This document shows, piece after piece, positions 26,776-35,693 of a DNA stretch of 64,000 bases. A program made the translations under genes and the position numbers. Each line of letters opens with the position of its first letter. The stretch's first letter is position 1. The stretch is from positions 62,001-126,000 of IMG/VR virus record IMGVR_UViG_3300031787_000001; one strand, written 5' to 3'. The notes below the pieces were generated by a model that saw nothing but the letters and a program-made list of their open reading frames with translations, was not told the origin of the DNA and searched no databases.

Positions 26776-26848
26776 GCCGTGGGTTAGTGGAATACGACTA
26801 TCTCTCATAAGGATGGAGAACACAGTTCGAACCTGTGCTACGGTACCA
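26776..26848 (+). tRNA. tRNA-Met(CAU), elongator, atypical D arm
   Basis: tatct-ctcataa-ggatg, T arm cacag/ctgtg, CCA. Confidence 0.7.
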
Positions 26849-26868
26849 AAAAAAAGTTTTAAAAAGAT

Positions 26869-27162
26869 TTTGTATTTTAAAAAAGTATTTATATCTTTGT
26901 AAAAGTTCTTTAAACATCGTGGCGTGGAGAAGTGGTATCTCACTAGGCTCATAACCTAGGGACCGTTGGTTCGAATCCAACCGCCGCAACAAAAAAGTTT
27001 TAAAAAGATTTTGTTTTTTGAAAAACTCTTTTTATATTTGTAAAACAATTCGGTAATACACACCGAAAAAGTTCTTAAAAAAAAAGTTTGACAAAAATTT
27101 GGAAAGTTGAAAAACACTTCTTATCTTTGTAAAACAATCGGAAACGATAAAGTTCTTTGAAA
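26869..27162 (+). promoter_or_regulatory. three tandem, mutually similar Bacteroidota-type promoters with boxA-like elements
   Basis: TTTG/TAnnTTTG pairs at 26869/26892, 27010/27033, 27098/27122; GTTCTTTRAA at 26905 and 27152. Confidence 0.75.
26918..26989 (+). tRNA. initiator tRNA-fMet(CAU)
   Basis: C1:A72 mismatch, ctagg-ctcataa-cctag. Confidence 0.88.
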
Positions 27163-27164
27163 AT

Positions 27165-27965
27165 ATTGGGCGGTCTATAGTCCATAAAATAAACCATGAA
27201 AGTGGTATAAAGTGGAATACCTTGGTTTTGGTATTCTGCGGCTTGGGTAACCGAGCTCGAGTAGACAAACGAGATATCGTCTGACCTTTAGTACTGAGGG
27301 TAACACTGTAGGGAAAGTGGTTGGGCGATCAAGCGATGTGGGTCGTTTGGTTGAGGTGGGAACACCAATAAGAATAACTCGTAGAATTATTGCAAGAAAT
27401 GTTGTTATCCGACTTCATAATTGCGTTTTTCAATATTATGGTTGTCTTAAAACCGAAAGGTATGTTAGTGTACAGGTGGTGCTGTTATTAACCTTAACCT
27501 TAGCCTACCAAGGCATGAGTTATGAAGATGAGCAAAAATATGGAGGTGGGGACATCTCAGAGGGTAGTTTAGTATTTAGCCGTTCAAAAGATGGCTGAGC
27601 TGGTGACGAACCACTACCTTCACAATCCACAAACCAATAACTTGCATCCATTTAATTGCAAAATTAATAAATCAAGGAAAAGTGTTCGTCAGTTGTGGAT
27701 GACAGGTCACTACATAGTCATGAGTTGTTCATGGCCATGAAGGGTCCCAAGCCCAACATGATTTTCACCAAAGTTCTCTAATCTCGCAAGGATTAATTGG
27801 GGTGGCAACCTCGAAGAGTGATGAGTAATGAGAGAGTGATTCACAACTTAAGGATTGGTTAATCTAATTGACCGTGACTGATTATTACTACTCAAAAGGT
27901 AGTGGATAAGGGAAGAATCAATAATGTCCCAAAGATAATCACCCGAACGTGTAATCTCAGCGTTT
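27165..27965 (+). ncRNA. ~800 nt structured RNA, probably GOLLD
   Basis: ORF-poor, GC-elevated, many hairpins (e.g. gaatacc/ggtattc, gcttgg/ccgagc, ttagccgtt/gatggctga, ctact/agtag); size and tRNA-cluster/phage context fit GOLLD; family assignment not verified. Confidence 0.6.
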
Positions 27966-28031
27966 TATTTTCCTGATTTTTATAAAATCATGGTGGTGGA
28001 GTAATAAAAAGATTTCATGCCGCAAGGCCCC

Positions 28032-28059
28032 AAAGGTTAGATTTTTCTAACCTTTTTTT
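28032..28059 (+). terminator. intrinsic terminator after large RNA
   Basis: aaaggttaga-tttt-tctaaccttttttt. Confidence 0.75.
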
Positions 28060-28091
28060 GTTTTTATATTTTTTTTATTTATATTATACCT

Positions 28092-28844
28092 ATGAGATTA
28101 ATTTGTATATCAGACACACATTCTTTACATGAAAGAATGACACATAAAGTTGAAAAATATATCGATCCTGATCAAGACAATATACTCATCCATGCGGGGG
28201 ATTGTACTAATATGGGTAGAGAACCTGAAATTATTGAATTTGTTTATTGGTATCAAAATTTAAAAGGATTTGATACCAAGATCTTTATTGCGGGTAATCA
28301 TGATTTTGGTTTTGAACATTATAATGGTCTTCGTCATAGTAATGAGGCACCTTGGTTACATCATATAATAAATGAGGAGAATTTATCTCAATCAGATGTC
28401 GTTTATCTTCATGATTCTGAATTTGTAATTGAACATCCGAAATTTTCAAGACCAATTAAATTTTATGGAAGTCCTTGGCAACCTGAATTTTATAATTGGG
28501 CATTTAATCTTCCAAGAAATGGTTGGGAGTTAGAACTTAAATGGAAAGAAATACCAGATGATACTGATATATTGATCACACACGGACCTCCACATGGTTG
28601 TAGAGATTTTACACCACAAAATTTACAAGTTGGTTGTGAATTGTTGAGATATAGATTAGATACATTAAAACCACTTGTCCATGTGTTTGGACATATTCAT
28701 CATGCATATGGTGGTGCATATATTGATGATGTTTTATACATTAACGCATCAACATGTACAGAAAGATATGTCCCACGTAATAGACCTATTGTTGTTGATT
28801 TAAAAGAAGAAGATGGTAAAATAGTTACTACCTATATTGATTAA
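28092..28844 (+). CDS. calcineurin-like metallophosphoesterase
   Basis: DTH, HAGD, GNHD, THGPP, GHIH motifs. Confidence 0.9.
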   Translation: MRLICISDTHSLHERMTHKVEKYIDPDQDNILIHAGDCTNMGREPEIIEFVYWYQNLKGFDTKIFIAGNHDFGFEHYNGLRHSNEAPWLHHIINEENLSQSDVVYLHDSEFVIEHPKFSRPIKFYGSPWQPEFYNWAFNLPRNGWELELKWKEIPDDTDILITHGPPHGCRDFTPQNLQVGCELLRYRLDTLKPLVHVFGHIHHAYGGAYIDDVLYINASTCTERYVPRNRPIVVDLKEEDGKIVTTYID

Positions 28845-28885
28845 GTTTTTCATTTTTATATGATATTTATATATAAACAATATCT

Positions 28886-29086
28886 ATGAAAAATATAATT
28901 GATTTTTTAAAAAACCTATTAACAAAAAAATCTGAAGAAGTTATTTCAGAAATAAAACAAAAGGTTGTATCTGAAATAAAGGGTGAACCTGAGAAAGTAG
29001 AAGAACCTGTTAAGGTTGAGGAACCAAAAGAAGAAATCGTCGAAGAAAAACCCAAAAAAAGAGGTAGAAAGAAAAAGGTAGATTAA
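28886..29086 (+). CDS. small K/E-rich hypothetical protein
   Basis: 66 aa, ends KPKKRGRKKKVD. Confidence 0.55.
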   Translation: MKNIIDFLKNLLTKKSEEVISEIKQKVVSEIKGEPEKVEEPVKVEEPKEEIVEEKPKKRGRKKKVD

Positions 29087-29167
29087 TAAAAAAAATAAAA
29101 GATAAATTGGGTTAAATTTTTATTTAACCCTTTTTTTGTCTATATTTGTGAAAGTTCTTTAAAATAT

Positions 29168-29560
29168 GGGGGTGTCCAGGTATTGATTGGCGTTTATATG
29201 GTAAATGGGCACGTAGTCAGATGTCATCTATGACTTAAATCTACGGTGGTAAAAATCAAACGGCAACGTTTACAACAACATGGAAATTGCAGGTATCCTT
29301 GCAACTTCTAAAGTAGCTGCTTAATAAGTACCTACTGTCGGGTCGGTTAGGACATATAACCCAGGAACAGAAGTCCGTTATACGGGTCACAGGTCAGAGC
29401 TCGTTTAAAATAATTCTGAGACCAAGTTGTTTGTAGGTAGGTTTCTCACATATATCAAACCTAATATTTTGGAACATTGAGAACCAATGTTATACTAAAC
29501 GTGTAGTCCATCTATTGTATGGCGAACAAGACAAGGGTTCGATTCCCTTCACCTCCACCA
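29168..29560 (+). ncRNA. ssrA: tmRNA
   Basis: GGGGGUG/CACCUCC-ACCA acceptor with G3.U70, T arm aaggg-ttcgatt-ccctt; internal tag frame 29262-29324 GNVYNNMEIAGILATSKVAA*; promoter 29141, boxA 29154, terminator 29567-29593. Confidence 0.93.
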
Positions 29561-29733
29561 AAAATTAAACCCATCGAATTCGATGGGTTTTTTATTTATA
29601 ATAACTGAGGTTTATAAACGAACAAAGAGGTCTTTAGGACCCCTTTGTCGAGATTTGGAATACCCCCTTTCGTTTTTTTCGAGTTATCATCTAATGGCGA
29701 CCAAACCATTAAACTCTAATATAAATATCTAAT

Positions 29734-30684
29734 TTAATAGTTTTGTGCTATTGTTTTCAAAAAATTTAATCCAAATTGACTATTCATATCCATTAAACCA
29801 CCACCCTGTTGTTGTAGATTCTCTTGTCCATTAATCCCTAATCTATCAATTTGGACCAAATCTTCTTGACTTGTTGATTGATTAACAACTTGTGAAAATC
29901 TTGGATCGTTTGCCAATTTTTCTCTAAATTGTTCATCTTCATTGAATTTCTTTTCAAACGCATCAAAACTCGGTAATCCAAACATGGCTAAAACACCATT
30001 AGCGATTATAAATTGTTTTACCATATTTCTTCTACCACGTCTTGCAGGCATAACTACGTTCCACCAATTAGATAACCAAGTACTTGGTGCTTTTCCTGTT
30101 TTTGCAATATATTCTGCCAATTTTTCTCCTTGAAAGAAATTTTTAAAACCTGTACTAAATTTTCCACCAGCAGAGATCGTAGATCCAATCTGTTTACCTA
30201 ATCCAACAGGTCTTTGTAATATTTTACCAATCGCGGTTGTGTGTTCCGCCATTGCATGTCTTAATCCACCAGCGGCTTTGGTACCAATAATTGGTACTTT
30301 TTCTAAACTTCTAATTGTGTTGGTAACAGGTGCGGAATTTATGTATTTACCTAACTCAACATATTTTTTTGCGAACGTTGGATTTTTAGCCGCAAAGGCA
30401 ACTAAGTTATCTGTATTTTTCAACGCACCTCTCGCAATAGGACTTTTAAGTAGTCTAATTATTGGTTTAGCGAAAAAATCACCCACTGTCGGTATTAGTG
30501 CAATTAACATTAAACCAGCGTAAAGATATTCCTTTTTGTATATGTAACGAATAATCAATATAATGTCAGCAACCTCACCTATCACAGGTATAAAACCTGC
30601 GATCATTAATGCATTTTCTAAACCATCTTCTTTTAGTAGTTGTTTAGATTCTAAGATTTCCTTTTTTGTATAAATTCTAGACAT
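29734..30684 (-). CDS. hypothetical membrane-interacting/virion protein
   Basis: AGFIPVIGEVAD and ALIPTVGD repeats resembling pre-toxin TG-type motifs. Confidence 0.55.
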   Translation of the reverse strand: MSRIYTKKEILESKQLLKEDGLENALMIAGFIPVIGEVADIILIIRYIYKKEYLYAGLMLIALIPTVGDFFAKPIIRLLKSPIARGALKNTDNLVAFAAKNPTFAKKYVELGKYINSAPVTNTIRSLEKVPIIGTKAAGGLRHAMAEHTTAIGKILQRPVGLGKQIGSTISAGGKFSTGFKNFFQGEKLAEYIAKTGKAPSTWLSNWWNVVMPARRGRRNMVKQFIIANGVLAMFGLPSFDAFEKKFNEDEQFREKLANDPRFSQVVNQSTSQEDLVQIDRLGINGQENLQQQGGGLMDMNSQFGLNFLKTIAQNY

Positions 30685-30691
30685 TTCAATT

Positions 30692-31312
30692 TTATTTATG
30701 GATTAATTTACAAAAGGGTTGACTAATCGCCTCACCTAAACCAGTATTTCTTATCATTTCACCTGAAAGGTTACCTAATATTGATCCAGGTATACCTGAA
30801 AATCCATCATTATTTCTATTTAGACCAAATAATGTAGACACACCTGCTCTAAGTGATACCTCAACAACAGCATCCATAATATGTGGAGCATGTTTTAAAC
30901 AAGTGGGACTATCTTTAAAAATTCTAATAAAATCAATTGGACTTAAATCAGCAAATGCCTGAGATAAAGTTGTTGACCAACCAGGACTAACACCCATGTA
31001 TCTTAAAACCCAATTTATTGCCAATTCCTTTAAAAATGAAATACCACCTTCTTTTGCTAAATCACCAAAATCAAGTTTATCTAAACCAAGAGATGTTGGT
31101 AATGAAAATTCTTTTAATAATTGATCATTTACTTCTTTTTCAGTATATCCTTCATTTATCAATTTAATAGATGTATTAAAACATTCTTTTAAATAAATGT
31201 TAGGATCATCAATATCTCTCAAATGTGAAAAAGATTCATTAAGATTAGATTTTCTTTTTTCATTTAATTTTTTACTAACTATACTCTTAGTATCTATTAC
31301 TATTTTTTTCAT
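30692..31312 (-). CDS. hypothetical protein
   Basis: 206 aa ORF in co-oriented block. Confidence 0.6.
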   Translation of the reverse strand: MKKIVIDTKSIVSKKLNEKRKSNLNESFSHLRDIDDPNIYLKECFNTSIKLINEGYTEKEVNDQLLKEFSLPTSLGLDKLDFGDLAKEGGISFLKELAINWVLRYMGVSPGWSTTLSQAFADLSPIDFIRIFKDSPTCLKHAPHIMDAVVEVSLRAGVSTLFGLNRNNDGFSGIPGSILGNLSGEMIRNTGLGEAISQPFCKLIHK

Positions 31313-31313
31313 T

Positions 31314-33347
31314 TTAGAATTCTGCGTTTGAGTTAATCCATTTATATTTCATATCACCATCCCCTTTATCGACTTGTTTTGTTTCTACATATCCCTTATC
31401 TTCTAAATATTTGTTTAATATGTAGTAATCATTACCCGATAATTGTTTTCCTCTCCATACTGCGGCCAATCCTTTTTTAGGCCATCTTTTTCTTTTAATT
31501 AATTTATTACTAGCCAATAATTCCTGTAATCTGTTTTCATCATATACAGGTTTAATTGGTGTTGGAGGAGGAGGTGCAGGTGTTGGTGCAACTGTAGGTG
31601 CTGGTGTTGCAGTAGGTCCTGGTACTGGTGTGCCGGTTGGACTTGGGTTTTTACCACAAATCTCTTTTTTAACATAATCGTAAACTTCTTTAGTTATAGG
31701 ATTAATTGGCATCTTCACACCTCTTTTTTCAATGATTTCCTCTCTAAGTTTCGCCATCGTTTTAGGTCCAAAATAACCTTTTTGACTTGGTAAATCTAAA
31801 CATGCTTGTATTTCGGCTATTTTTTCATTTCTACATCCGAATTCAAACGGGAAATCTTTACATTCTTTATATGGTACCGGTTCTTTTGTTGGTCTAGGTT
31901 CTTTTGTTGGACCAGGTACAGGAGGTACAGGACCATCTGTTGGTTTTGGTTGACCATCCCAAGTAATTTCAACACCACCTAAATCACCGGTATTGGTACC
32001 ACCTCCACCGCCTTTACCACTTTCAATTTGGTTTATTAATGAATACATCTCTTGTTTGGCTCTAACAGATGATGCGTTTACTGTGTAGATATAATCTAAT
32101 GATTTTTTTAGACTACCACCACCTAAACCTGATGCTTGGTATAGTTTCAAGAATTCTTTACCATTAGCACTTCCAGCATATTTTTTAAGTAATGCTAATG
32201 CACTTTGTAAATCACTACCTGAAACAGGGAAATCCAATAAATCAATCATTGTTTCAACATCATTATCTATTGATGAAGTTGCTGCCTCATTTATATCTTC
32301 ATCTATAGTTTGGATGTTACCACCTTTACATTTCCAACTACCCATGGCCCCCGTCTCTGTATTCATTACTCTACCATTTGTGAAAAATTGTACTCCTTTA
32401 GGATATTCACTTGATTTAACAATAACCCAAACTTGGCCAGTTGAACTTGTCTCTACTTTACCTTGTTGTTTATTTATTAAATCTTGAATACATGGTGCCC
32501 ATTGTCCATCATTTGGTGGTGGTGTTGGTGGGAAATCTTCTGGAACAGTTTCTCCACTATCTGCCATCATCCACCATAAGGCCGCTGCAGTTAAACCACC
32601 GGCTAGACCCCATTTTAATATATCTTTCCAACTCTTTCCTTGTTTTATCCAAATAATTATTTTAATATACCAAGGTCTTGGAATTGGTGGTGGCGGTACC
32701 GGTGGTGGTTTTGGTAAAGTTATCTCTCCACCGCCAGTTTTTTTAATTCTTCTATTTATGGCTTTATCAACTGCTTTAGTTGATACCCCGCCTCCCGATT
32801 TCATTTCTCTCGCACCTTTTTGAAGTAATGCCTCCGCTTCTTTAGCGGACATTCCATATGTTTTTTGTAATGTTTCAGATGCCAATTTAAAGTTTTCAGG
32901 ATTTGCTGGCATTGCACCTCCTTTAGGATAAACCTTTTTTAGAATTTCTTTAAATGTTGGTGATTCACCAATAAGACCTTTTAATTTTAGTGCAATTTCA
33001 GGAACTTTATTTGCTTGTTTAATTACAAGAAATTTCTCAGCAGTACTGAGAGCCCCTGCTTCACCCGGTGCCTTTTTCATTGCGATTAATAACTCGTCAG
33101 CGGTTTTAAATCTAGAAAGTGCGGGTATTTCATTTTTTAATGTGGAAAATAAACCTTTTTCTGATTTTAAAATACTACCGATTGCTTCAATACCTTGTTG
33201 AGCAACTTTTGTTACTTGTTCTTCAATATTTTCAGGATTTTCTTCTTCTGATACCTCGATATTGGGATCTTCATTTTCTAATTTATCATTAACTGATTCA
33301 ACTAATGATATCATTTTTCTAATTAATAATGCGTCTCTATTTTCCAT
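31314..33347 (-). CDS. large protein with TM segment, Pro/Thr-rich linkers and peptidoglycan-binding-like motif
   Basis: WGLAGGLTAAALWW; PTPAPPPPTP; IAEIQACL...GYFGPKT. Confidence 0.6.
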   Translation of the reverse strand: MENRDALLIRKMISLVESVNDKLENEDPNIEVSEEENPENIEEQVTKVAQQGIEAIGSILKSEKGLFSTLKNEIPALSRFKTADELLIAMKKAPGEAGALSTAEKFLVIKQANKVPEIALKLKGLIGESPTFKEILKKVYPKGGAMPANPENFKLASETLQKTYGMSAKEAEALLQKGAREMKSGGGVSTKAVDKAINRRIKKTGGGEITLPKPPPVPPPPIPRPWYIKIIIWIKQGKSWKDILKWGLAGGLTAAALWWMMADSGETVPEDFPPTPPPNDGQWAPCIQDLINKQQGKVETSSTGQVWVIVKSSEYPKGVQFFTNGRVMNTETGAMGSWKCKGGNIQTIDEDINEAATSSIDNDVETMIDLLDFPVSGSDLQSALALLKKYAGSANGKEFLKLYQASGLGGGSLKKSLDYIYTVNASSVRAKQEMYSLINQIESGKGGGGGTNTGDLGGVEITWDGQPKPTDGPVPPVPGPTKEPRPTKEPVPYKECKDFPFEFGCRNEKIAEIQACLDLPSQKGYFGPKTMAKLREEIIEKRGVKMPINPITKEVYDYVKKEICGKNPSPTGTPVPGPTATPAPTVAPTPAPPPPTPIKPVYDENRLQELLASNKLIKRKRWPKKGLAAVWRGKQLSGNDYYILNKYLEDKGYVETKQVDKGDGDMKYKWINSNAEF

Positions 33348-33364
33348 TTTTTTATTTTTTATTT

Positions 33365-34648
33365 TTATTGCATTTTATTTAATAAATTTGCCATATCATC
33401 CTCCACACCTTGTTTTATTTGTTCATCGGGTATTGCACTTGCGATTTTTGTTAAGTCTTCCTGTGATGCTACCGATCCATCTTCTCCTTTATTTTTACCG
33501 GCAAAATATTGTGCTCCCTTTTCCATACCCTTCATCGCCACAGCGGTACCCCCACCCCATGTTAAACCTTTTCTTACTGCCGTTGCGGTACTAACAGGAC
33601 CTTTACCCTTTAGTGCGGCGTTTATTGGTTTTGTAAAATCTTTTTGAATGAATTTTTTACCAAGTGAGGTTAAAGTCTCGGCACCTTGAACTCCCGCCTT
33701 TTGTGCTGCAGGTGCAAAAACATTTTTCATATTTTCTAAAACTTTACCAACACCTGATTTAAATGAAGAAATCATACCTGCTGCTTTTGGTCCGAAAGCC
33801 TTAGCGATCCATTCTAATGGTTTTATTAATATATTCATTATACCACCAAGACCTTTACTTAAAACAGTAATGATTGGTTGTAAAATTTTTCCACCAACTT
33901 TCATAACACTACCACCCGCAGCTTTAAAGGCCGCTTTAAGACCTTTGGCAGCACCAGAAAAAAGAACACCCGCTAAACATACTGCGAGATCAATATAAGT
34001 CCATACACTTTTTGAATCAGTTTTACCACTTAATAATTGATAAACTTTCCAAACAAATAGAATACCCCAAACTATACCTGTGGCTAATTTACCAATACCT
34101 AATGCGGTTAATGCCACGTCCAAACCGATACCAACAGGACTCATCATGAAATGTTCTATTTTTTCCATTATCCATGGTAATCCTTTATTTAACACCCATG
34201 CACCCGCATCTTTTATACCTTGCCAAGCTTTTCCCGCAACTTCTTTTGTTTTATCCCAAAGATCACCAAAAAAACCCTCAGCAAGTGTTGGATATTTTTG
34301 AGATATTTTATTTTTTACAAATTCCCAAGAATCAGTTATAACTTGTTCAGTTGATAATGAATTGATTGATTCTATGATTAAATTTCTACCAAATTTTATT
34401 TCATATTCCATTATTATATTCATATCCGATTCCATCAAACGATATAATAATTTTCTTATATTACTAAATAACTGTGTAGATTCCATTATTGAATGTCTAT
34501 AAATGAATATACTTTGATTTTTAAACATTTCACAAATAAAAAATGGATTTGGGTTATTAATATCAGTATATAACCCTGTTTCTACATCAATAATTCGATT
34601 TAAACCCGAAACATACCTACCATCTCTTGTGAATAATAAATCTTCCAT
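33365..34648 (-). CDS. hypothetical Gly/Ala-rich membrane-interacting protein
   Basis: 427 aa with hydrophobic and amphipathic helices. Confidence 0.6.
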   Translation of the reverse strand: MEDLLFTRDGRYVSGLNRIIDVETGLYTDINNPNPFFICEMFKNQSIFIYRHSIMESTQLFSNIRKLLYRLMESDMNIIMEYEIKFGRNLIIESINSLSTEQVITDSWEFVKNKISQKYPTLAEGFFGDLWDKTKEVAGKAWQGIKDAGAWVLNKGLPWIMEKIEHFMMSPVGIGLDVALTALGIGKLATGIVWGILFVWKVYQLLSGKTDSKSVWTYIDLAVCLAGVLFSGAAKGLKAAFKAAGGSVMKVGGKILQPIITVLSKGLGGIMNILIKPLEWIAKAFGPKAAGMISSFKSGVGKVLENMKNVFAPAAQKAGVQGAETLTSLGKKFIQKDFTKPINAALKGKGPVSTATAVRKGLTWGGGTAVAMKGMEKGAQYFAGKNKGEDGSVASQEDLTKIASAIPDEQIKQGVEDDMANLLNKMQ

Positions 34649-34668
34649 GTTATATAAATATATTGATT

Positions 34669-34926
34669 TTACTTAAGTGGATTTCCTTTACCTCTTTTTA
34701 ATATAGATCCAACAACATCACTCCATTTAGTTACACCAACTTGATTTGATGGTCCTCTAGTTACACCACTTTCCCATTTACCAACTTGTGGATATCCCGA
34801 ACCCCCACCACTTGATGATGTACCCGCACTAGGTGCTGCTGCCGCATCTTGTTCACTTATCTCTTCTTCCTCCAAATCTTTAGAGAGAATTAGTTTAAGT
34901 TGTTTTTCATTTATTAAAACTTTCAT
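34669..34926 (-). CDS. small hypothetical protein, probable internal head protein
   Basis: N-terminal MKVLINEKQLKLIL motif; WESGVTRG/WSDVVG repeat. Confidence 0.55.
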   Translation of the reverse strand: MKVLINEKQLKLILSKDLEEEEISEQDAAAAPSAGTSSSGGGSGYPQVGKWESGVTRGPSNQVGVTKWSDVVGSILKRGKGNPLK

Positions 34927-34976
34927 CTACTATAAATACTTAAATTTTCTTGTTTTTTATACCATAAACTAAAAAA

Positions 34977-35345
34977 TTATTCATCATATATTGTCTCATC
35001 AATTTTTGAAAACATTTTAACAAACTGTCCCGCTTTTGCATTAGCTTCATCTTCAATCTCACCACCAATATCTGGCGGCTTAACTTTTAAACGACCTTGT
35101 TCGTATTGTTTATGATGGACAAGTTCATGTGCTAAACTTCTCATTACATCAACAAGTGCCCTATTTTTAGCATTAACTTTAATTATTTTATTTTTTTTAG
35201 TGTAGTCATAGCTAGCAGTAGTCTTTAATTCTTTTCTACCATTTTGAATAGAAATAGTTGGCACTGTTTTTAAATCCAATTCCTTTTTAACGAATTTTAC
35301 AAATTCTTGTAATTTCTTCTTTTTTTCGTCAGATAAAAATTCCAT
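34977..35345 (-). CDS. HExxH zinc metallopeptidase-like protein
   Basis: LAHELVHHKQ...EDEANA; start placed at ATG 35345. Confidence 0.65.
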   Translation of the reverse strand: MEFLSDEKKKKLQEFVKFVKKELDLKTVPTISIQNGRKELKTTASYDYTKKNKIIKVNAKNRALVDVMRSLAHELVHHKQYEQGRLKVKPPDIGGEIEDEANAKAGQFVKMFSKIDETIYDE

Positions 35346-35356
35346 AAATATAAATA

Positions 35357-35596
35357 TCACAAACTTACCCGTTCGGGTAAATCGTTTTCTTTTAAATATT
35401 CAGATAATAATTCAATTACAAATTCTTCATCAATATCTAATATATCGTGTTCAGATATTATCGTTGGACTATAATATTCTATGGAATCAAATTCAATGTC
35501 TAATACTCTATAAAAATTATCACCGTCTTCTTCGGTTGAGAATTCAACATGTAGAGTACTTTTTTCTTCTGTGTAGTAATACTCGTGTATAACCAT
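35357..35596 (-). CDS. hypothetical acidic protein
   Basis: 79 aa ORF. Confidence 0.5.
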   Translation of the reverse strand: MVIHEYYYTEEKSTLHVEFSTEEDGDNFYRVLDIEFDSIEYYSPTIISEHDILDIDEEFVIELLSEYLKENDLPERVSL

Positions 35597-35693
35597 TCTA
35601 AATATGTGGATTACGTAAACTTAATTAAAAAATAATTATGTTGATTTTTATCAAAAACCATAAATAATTGAATTATTCTAAATAATTACTAGT

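Noticed and set aside
26849-27140. Repeated AT-rich blocks as mobile-element ends or origin iterons
   Set aside because: Better explained as duplicated TTTG/TAnnTTTG promoters.
23408-27598. Short ORFs across the tRNA arrays and large RNA (e.g. 24022, 24546, 26165, 26798, 27317)
   Set aside because: Shadow ORFs over structured RNA genes.
27165-27965. rRNA fragment, RNase P RNA or group I intron
   Set aside because: No recognisable rRNA, RNase P (GAGGAAAGUCC) or group I core motifs, and it does not interrupt a gene.
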